From assembly GCA_012026655.1 (NCBI GenBank), contig JAAILG010000294.1, positions 1 to 64,000 of the forward strand: 64,000 nucleotides of DNA. Direction: 5' to 3'. Source of the DNA: Hydrolagus affinis. Taxonomy: Eukaryota. The notes below the pieces were generated by a model. That model was given only the letters and a program-made list of their open reading frames with translations. It was not told where the DNA came from and did no database searches. Position 1 is the stretch's first letter. Every line of letters begins with the position of its first letter. Below are positions 24,461 to 64,000 of this stretch, one piece after another. The position numbers and the translations under genes were made by a program.

Positions 24461-26847
24461 AGATGTAAAGAATCGTGGGTTGAAAGGGTATGGGGAGTAG
24501 AGTAAACCTGGGATTGAATGAACACTTGCTTGAGAGCTGGTAAAGAACTCGGTGGGTCAAATGGCTTCCTTCTGGGCTGTAAATTTCTGAATTGTAAATT
24601 CAATAGAAATTCTGATGTTACTGTCCTTTCCTCCTCCCGGGATTTGTAACTATACACATTTCTATGTACCTGTATTCATTCTCTGATATGTAATGTGGAA
24701 AGGCGTCAAAACATTTGAACTGGTATCGCATTCATCTATTATTGTGCTTTTGAAGACTTCCAGCTTCAGCTCTGGCTTTGTTGGTCTTGTTGTATCATTC
24801 TAACACCATTCTGCCATTGAGAAAAACCGTTTGGACTTTGATTCTGAGCGTGTGCCACGTGTTTATTTGAAAAGCCACACTGTGCTGGCATTGACTTATA
24901 TGGAAAAACGGATGTCCTGTCAGGAACAAACATCAGGTGCACAGTTACAATAATTACTCCCAAGGGTGACATCCATTCAAGCTTTCCTTACATAGGAGCC
25001 CTTCAGTATTTATACTAAAACTGTACAGGAGTTTTAAGTCTGTTCATTGAGCTATTCTTCCCGAAAGCGAGATTGACCAGTTGTCTATTGCTGAGCATGT
25101 TCATCTCCGCGCTTGAGAGCTTTCCATTTGTTGTCTTCAAGATTAATATGCCTCTGGTTGCCCTGCAGGGGGAAATCTTTAGCAGAATTTTTGTGAGCCA
25201 TTGTGGTTGTGGACAAAACCAAGATTTTCAGTGATGTCGCTTTTCAGTCTTAATGAATGCAGGTGATCCTCATTTCAGATTCATCATCTTCAGACATTTC
25301 TGGAGCTCAGTTGGATCTGTATTTCCTATAAAGATGTGCCCTTTCTTTTTAAAAACTGTAAACTATAAAACAATATCAGTGATAGGTTTGCTTCAAGCCA
25401 GAGACCTCACTATCTGCAGCCAGTTGCCCTTTCTACTATAGTTCAACCCCACTACCTCTTGACGTCTCTTGTTTTCTGCTCTCTTTAAATGAATATTGAT
25501 AGTCACCAATAAATGGTGCTTGAGTACAAGTGTATTAAGCGAATTAGCCTCTAATTTCCAAGTTTATGTTTCCTATCTTTCTAAATTTCAGGAGAACCAA
25601 AGCTCACCAACCATTCCTTATTTTGGGAGCACCTTAAATAAGTATTTTTATTTTGGGAGTCAGAGGATTGAAGAAAGATTGAAAGCAGAGTCATTGAAGG
25701 TAACAAATTAACTGCTGGTTAGATACATGAAGATGATAACGAAACCTTAATTTTGAGGATTACGAACCAAATCTTTGGATAACGCAGTGTTATCTGTATT
25801 TCAAGAATATTGTTGATTCAAATTGGGGTTGTTATTAGGTCGAGTTATCTCAAGCTTTTCCCCAGCAGATTGTGTGAGATAGTGAGACAGAAAGAAGCAG
25901 GGCAGAAGACTAATTGTTAGCCATATTAGGTAATATTTATTCAGTGACTGTCCAGCGCCTTGGGACATCCTCTTGTCATGAAAGGCGCTATATAAGTGTA
26001 ACTTTGTTGTTACTGTTATTCATCAGGTGAGTAAGATGGTTTATCAAAATTAGCTAACATTGCAGTCATTTTTCAAGACCGCCTTACCTTGCAGTTACAT
26101 GTTGCGCATGTTCACTCTATATCTATGCCAGAATCTACACGTAACCTGCTCTGTACTTGTGCACCAGTTGTACAAATATCCATTGTTCCTTTTGCACCTG
26201 TGACATCCTCCGCCTTCAGCTGTACATTGGCCTCACCGAACTGAGGGTGGGGGTGGGGGGGAAGGAAATTGACAAGGCTTAACTCAGAAAATGCATAACA
26301 AAAAGGTGAAAAGTAGACATCGGAAGAAATGTTTTCTTGAAGTGGGTAGGAGAGGGTGGGGAGGGGCAATCAAGCAACCTCACAATGATTGACAAATGTA
26401 ATTTTGTTGTTTTTAAACGTCAAAAAAAATTATTATTTTGATCAGGGTCAGATTGCTGGGGAGGTGATGGTGGTGGGGGTTAAATCAGCAAAGACTCAAC
26501 AGTAACCTCTTGTACTGTAATTATATGATTGCCATATTTATATTATATTATATAATTATATATTGTAATGATATGTATATGTGTTTGTGTGCTTACACTG
26601 CAATTATGTGCTCGTGTGTGCTTCCTTTCATTGGCTTGGGGGGGCTTTGTGTGTCAGGTTTCCTTGTGGTCAGCCGAGTGTCCACACACTGGAGGGAACC
26701 CATTCGCAGTGTTTTGAGAGCCACCAATCCAGACGAGAGATCAATCCATATATGTAAGCCACCGGCCTTGTAGAAATTTCCCTTTGCCTTGGAAATTCAT
26801 TTCAGAGACTATTGGGTGCAGTGTATTGGGGTGCCCAAAAAGTAGTG

Positions 26848-27214
26848 TAATAATAATAATCCTCATATTTGATATAATAATAATCATCCTTGCATGATAA
26901 TCCTTGCATTTGATAATAGCGCTTTCCATGTGTTCTAGACGTCTCAAAGCGCTTCACAGAATGTACTGTAAAGTGAATTGATTGTTATGTGTGGGCGAGA
27001 CTAGGCAACCAATTGCGCACAGCAGTGTCCCCACCAACAGTGATGGATTGAAATGACCAATTTTAATCTTGGTTTTTTTTGGGTGAGGGGTTATTATCAG
27101 GTATTTGTGTGGAGTAAGGAAACTTGCCTAAGGTTTCACCCTGACCTGCCTGGAATCGAAACACAGGTCTCATGCTTGTAAGGCGAGCGCTCTATCCACT
27201 GAGCTACAAGACCC
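26848..27214 (-). mobile_element. Full-length tRNA-derived SINE with reiterated tail
   Basis: Reverse complement of 2927-3246, including the head (ccactgagctac, gaatcgaaac); tail segment repeated about 3 times at 26848-26920. Confidence 0.85.
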
Positions 27215-27229
27215 TACACATTTTATTTA

Positions 27230-27400
27230 ACAACAATAATCCTTGCATTTGATGTAGCGCCTTATCACATCTTCGAGACGTTTCAAAGCGCTTGATGGAA
27301 ATGCAAGCGCTTTGAAACAATGCAAAGTGAATTGACTGCGCAGCTTGTAGGCAAAACCAGGCAGACAACCCATTTATGGTGGGTTGAATGACCAATTTAA
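27230..27400 (-). mobile_element. SINE 3' fragment
   Basis: aataatccttgcatttgatgtagcgcc...tcaaagcgctt. Confidence 0.7.
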
Positions 27401-27914
27401 TATTATTTTATCGTTCATGAAGGGATTATGACCTCCGCCCACCACCACGGAAAAGCCAAATCTGCCGATGCTAATAAACAAAACTGGGTTCTTTCAGGAA
27501 ACTTACCCCATCGTTTTGCAACTTATTTTGCTTGGTTGAGATGTCTCAAAGCGCTTCAAGAGATATACTGTACAGTGATAGTGGATTGACTGTAATTGGA
27601 GTGGGTGGGTAGATGGTATTGTGCTGATGGGAATGTGAGGAAGAGAAGGAGAAGAATTTAGGCATTTTATTTTAAACAAACTCCAATTTTTATTTTTAAA
27701 AATTGTTAAATTAAGTTTGGATTGAATTGGGTTTGCCAATGGATAGGCTGGGAGCTTTATGGGTTCACATGATATCCACTGAGGGGGAAATTGTGAGAAG
27801 GAGGGATGGAAAGAGAGATGTCATTGCTCTATTGCCGCCAGCCGCTGCCGCCTGAGGAGAATCTAGGCTGCACTGGACTGGCTTCGAATTGCAAATGCAT
27901 TGCAAGCCTGGACG

Positions 27915-28085
27915 GATAATAATAAATAATAATCCTTGCATTTTATATAGCGCTTTTCACATCTTATCGATGCATCACAGAATATACTGTAAAGTGAATT
28001 GACTGTATATTTGTGGGCTAAACGTGGCAGCCAATTGCGCACAGCAGTGTCCCACAAACAGTCGTGGATTGAAATGACCAATTTG
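27915..28085 (-). mobile_element. SINE 3' half
   Basis: Near-consensus copy: ccttgcattttatatagcgc...gcagccaattgcgcacagcagtgtcccacaaacagtcgtggattgaaatgacc. Confidence 0.85.
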
Positions 28086-29515
28086 TATTATTGCATTTTT
28101 TAAACCTAGCTCTTTTAAGGTTACCTCCCGCCCCACTTTCACACCCCCGCCATTCCGAAGTGCTCGAGGAGTTATTCTACGTGAAGACAATTTTATACCC
28201 GGGCACGTTGCCATTGCTGTACCTGTTTGTCTTTATTCAGAGAGTAATTAATGATTGGAATGGGTCAGGTGGGCCAAATGGTCTTCTTCATCCAAACAAT
28301 CTTGTGATCTTGTAAATCAGACATTTACAGCACAGAAACAGGTCATCCAACCTTTGGAGTCTGTACCAGCTCTTGGAGCAAGCAGTTCATTCACCCCCCT
28401 GCCCTCACCCCACAACTCTTCAAGCCTCTATCTCTAATATACTTATGTCTTTTCCTCGAAACCCACAATGGATGACATATCCCAACAACTCGAGTGTGGA
28501 AGAAAAAACTCTTTCACACTTCTGCCTTCTGACTTCATATCTGACTATGAAGTACCCGTGGAAATAGCTCCTCCCTACTCACCCTGCTAAAAAAACATAC
28601 ATTTGTCCACAAACCAGTCACTACACGTTCATAAATATGAAGCACTTTGGGAGGTCCTCCCGACGTGAAAGAAGTTCAAATATATAAGTTCCCAAATATA
28701 AGGAATATTGATGATCATTTTGTATGTTCTTATTTCTTTTAAAAAAATTATATAAGTTTTCTTTTGGGAAATAACATTAAGGGCTTTTACGCAGACATTT
28801 TAGGACTTAACTTAGGGGGTTACTTTTTTAAAAAAATATTAAAGTGAGAGGTTCTTGAGGCGGGTTTGTATTGGTGGGGCGTGAGGTCGGGTTTGCATTA
28901 GGCGGGTTGCATTGTGTCGGGGGTTGTATTGGTGCTTGTGTGTGTGTGTGAGAAAGAGTTTTAAAAGCCGGAGCCCGTTTTGTTTGGAAAACAATATGGC
29001 GGTTGGGCGCGAGCGGGCGGGCGGCAGGACGGGGCGAGCGAGCGAGCGACCAACTGACGTAGCGCGCACTGGCAGCGGGCGAGCGGGAAGGGGAGAGAAG
29101 AAGGCGTTCTCGATTGTGGGCGAGCGAGAGAGAACCCCCCCCCACAAACCTCCTCACTCACCTCAAATATCCTCCTCTTTCCTCAGACACACACATATAT
29201 ATATATAAAACTTATGTTTTCATGTTTTTATTTTTTTTGTGTAAAAAAAACAAAAGCCACACAGGGAAGGCGTGGGGAGGGAGGGGGGGTGGTGCAGTGA
29301 GCGAAGCGAAGCCCTCAGCGGCGGCTGGAGGAGGAAGACCCTCCCCGGCTGAGTTAGGTGGGCGGGTTGGGTGAGGTTGTCCTCCTCTCTCCTGTCCGGC
29401 GGGGAGAGGGAAAAGGCGTCGCGCTTCCCATCTCTTTTCTCCTTTCCCTCCCTCTCCCTCCTCCCTCCCTCTCTCTCTGTCTCTCCCTCCTTCCGCCCCC
29501 GGCGGTTCCCCAAAC

Positions 29516-61251
<31,736 letters not shown>

Positions 61252-62724
61252 AATTCAGAATGAGATACGTTTTGTGTTAGAATTAGGCTAACTCAAACGT
61301 TGTTAAATGTGTGAGCTAAAGATTAACACATTTAGATCATTCCGGGTTAGAGACTGTTTCCATTTTACTTGTCTGGGTGGAGTGTTCTCGGCCCTTCTAT
61401 AGCACTTGGCTGTTTTTGGCAGGTTGTCCCCAGTTGGTTTGCGCCATAACGGGGGAAGCTCACTAAATAGCATTAGGTTTCAAAGATGTCACAGTAATAC
61501 CTCTTAACATCGCTGAGCCTTCTGGTAAAGCACTGTGTTAACATTAAATTACAGGTGGCAGCACAGAGAATGGATCAGTAAAGATTTTTATTTTCAAGAC
61601 CAAGACTATTTAATATTGTGAACCTGATGCGTGAAAGAAGACTGTTAAAAAACAAGCTGAATAATGCACTACTGCATTTTAATCAGTAAAATTATCAATA
61701 TCCATTAACATAAATGGATATTGTCTTTATAAACTTGTTTCTCAGGCAGTTCCATATTTTAGATTTAAGGAAACATTCTTTTTAAAAAAAATCATGATGC
61801 TAGCCCTGTAAATATGATCAGAATACTAACCCTGTATTGCAAAACACATAAAGGTTGCTATTCTGCATCCATCAGTTGCTCCACTATCTTTTTAAAGGAA
61901 AGTTTTTCTCTTGCAGTAAAATATTTTCTTCAGTTTGTTCATACAATAATGGAACTTTATTTTTTATAAAAAGCATTGCCTGAAAAACAGACATTACTTT
62001 TGTGTGGCCTTGAAAAACAGTACCTAATCACGATACATCAGTTTAAAAAGAAGAAAAAAACTTACATTTAGTGGCAAGATTGTGTGAATAAGCTTAACAC
62101 TTGTGTTCTTTGGGCTTATTGTTTTAAACTTTGCATTATGATGCAACATGAAGTATTTTGGTCTTAACTAGTGATGTGTTAATGTGTCTTAAATCCATGT
62201 GACTTACTGTAATTTATTAACATTTGTAGCTTTTTATATTTATACATTTCTTAAGCGCTTTGTTTTAAAAAAATTTCAACAACAGTACTCGTCCATTTCC
62301 TGAAATTGTGACACAAAATCTTAGTCTTCAGTTTTCCCCACTTCCCTTTTGTCAATCATAAGATTACAGTTTTTGGCCTTTTAAGTGGTATAATCCTGCC
62401 AGACAACCTGTACGTTTTTTTTTCTATATTTATAATTTAGATAATTAGGGCTTTCTGTGGTAGTTTATGAAAACCATTCCTTTTTGCCCTCTTGAGACCA
62501 CCCAAAGTTGTTACCTGACACATTTTTATTTACAAACTTTATTTTTGGAAAAAAAAGAAATTCCTGTATACTATTAGGAAAATGTTTAAAGATAGTTCAT
62601 TTTAGCCACAAAATTTGTGCGTTGGCTATCTTGTTTTTTTATGTGTCTTTTAAATTTTTTAATATGTTTTTATTGCTGTACATCAAAATCATCAGCTATA
62701 ATAATGCCTGTTTGTTGTGTAGAA

Positions 62725-62730
62725 AATAAA
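62725..62730 (+). terminator. Candidate polyadenylation signal of PHF2 (alternatives at 62961 and 63067)
   Basis: AATAAA about 1.5 kb after the stop codon, at the end of an AU-rich UTR-like stretch. Confidence 0.5.
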
Positions 62731-64000
62731 CGCTCAAAAAATTTATATCTGCGAATTAAACATTGGGTCGAAAAGGCTCCAGTTAAAATTTAACCAGCGA
62801 ACCTCAGGAATTAAGTGAAGCAGGTTCCAGCCAAGACCCTCAATCCACATTTTGAGTCTCACAATATCTTGTATATAGATTATTCTTGGATACTTTGCAT
62901 TCTTTTTGATAAATACATCTTTCAATTGGGGGGGGGGGGAAAAAAAGTCTGGATGCTTTTAATAAAAGACATGAAATATATATTGATCATCTCATTTTTT
63001 TTTAACAGTTTTAAAGCTTCAATGTGGGTAACATTGATCCTGACGGCATCTTGAACTCAAGGCACAAATAAATAGCATTAATTGTCCCAGACATAGGGCA
63101 GCTGTGATATGAAGAAATGTTGTTATTATTGACCCATTGTCTTTTGTTAGCATTGCAGGGGTCTATCATGCGCTGGCCGCAATCCTTGCATTACTATTTT
63201 ACCCCTTTATAAACAAGTCAAGAAAAAAATGCTATTTTTATTGATTGGTGTGTATGATAGACTCTTCTCTTCCCCCTCTGGTCCTTTGAACTGATCCAAT
63301 GAATTCAAACTCCCCAAACCAATGTACTCATCAATGTGCATGAGTCTTGTGTGTTTTCACGAACATGCATATAAACCGAGAGATCGAGGAATCATGAAGA
63401 AATTGTATTTTGAATGTTAATTTTTTTGGGGGAAAAGTCAATGCAAGATTGAATCATACAGTACATACAGAATGCATAGTTGAGCTGGTGCATTAAATGA
63501 AAGGAAACCTTGAGTGGGTTTAAAACTTCTATTTTAAAAATAGTCCCATGTAGAACCAGAGCAAAGGAATATTGCCTTGTTTAACCAAAATGTATCGTGT
63601 ATCAGTATCCTGAACTGAAGTATGCTAGTGCAGCTTTCTGTGTGTTGCTGTTGTCACAAGCTGATCATATTTTATTTGATTGTCAGATTAAATCTGAAAT
63701 CTGTGTTACATTAAACATGCAGTCCACTCACTTTAAACTTATGTTAAGCACTATCTGTTGATTTAATTCTAGACAGCCTTAGTTTGTATTTATAATGTTG
63801 GCGTGTGGCATTAAATGCAGGTGAAAGTTTAAATTTATTACTGAAATATAACCATGTTAAACAGTAAACAAAAGGGGTTATGCTGTGCAAATTGAGCTGT
63901 ATGCTGGTTCTTGCTGTGTATTGCAGTTGGAAATGGATGCTTGTTGGCTGATAAAGGGCAATATGGACTTTTCATGGTCGTTAGTTTTGTCAGCATCATT

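Overview
Eukaryotic (vertebrate) genomic DNA, AT-rich, with one 100-N assembly gap (18216-18315). The repeat content (tRNA-headed SINEs with L2-type tails, a Deu-domain SINE, CR1 and L2 3' ends, Tigger-like and hAT-like MITEs) and compact introns suggest a cartilaginous fish, possibly a holocephalan; this is inference. Two spliced genes lie on the + strand in the conserved vertebrate order. FAM120A: coding exon 2 to the last exon at 3459-19051; exon 1 is upstream of the window, one exon is probably hidden in the gap, and a polyA signal lies at 20666. PHF2 (PHD + JmjC, KDM7 family): 22 coding exons at 29516-61251, with a CpG-island promoter. I traced every exon by GT-AG boundaries and reading phase. 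No prokaryotic system, CRISPR array or true tRNA/rRNA gene is supported. The main observations are at the RNA-processing level: (1) a candidate 105-nt FAM120A cassette exon whose inclusion creates a TGA exactly at the splice junction, with RBFOX motifs downstream; (2) a phase clash between PHF2 exons 21 and 22 that puts the conserved C-terminus out of frame; (3) a candidate 47-nt poison exon just after the PHF2 JmjC region; (4) inverted SINEs bracketing FAM120A exons 2-11, a circRNA-type layout; (5) nested and related MITE families. Comparisons with human proteins are from memory and need alignment to confirm.
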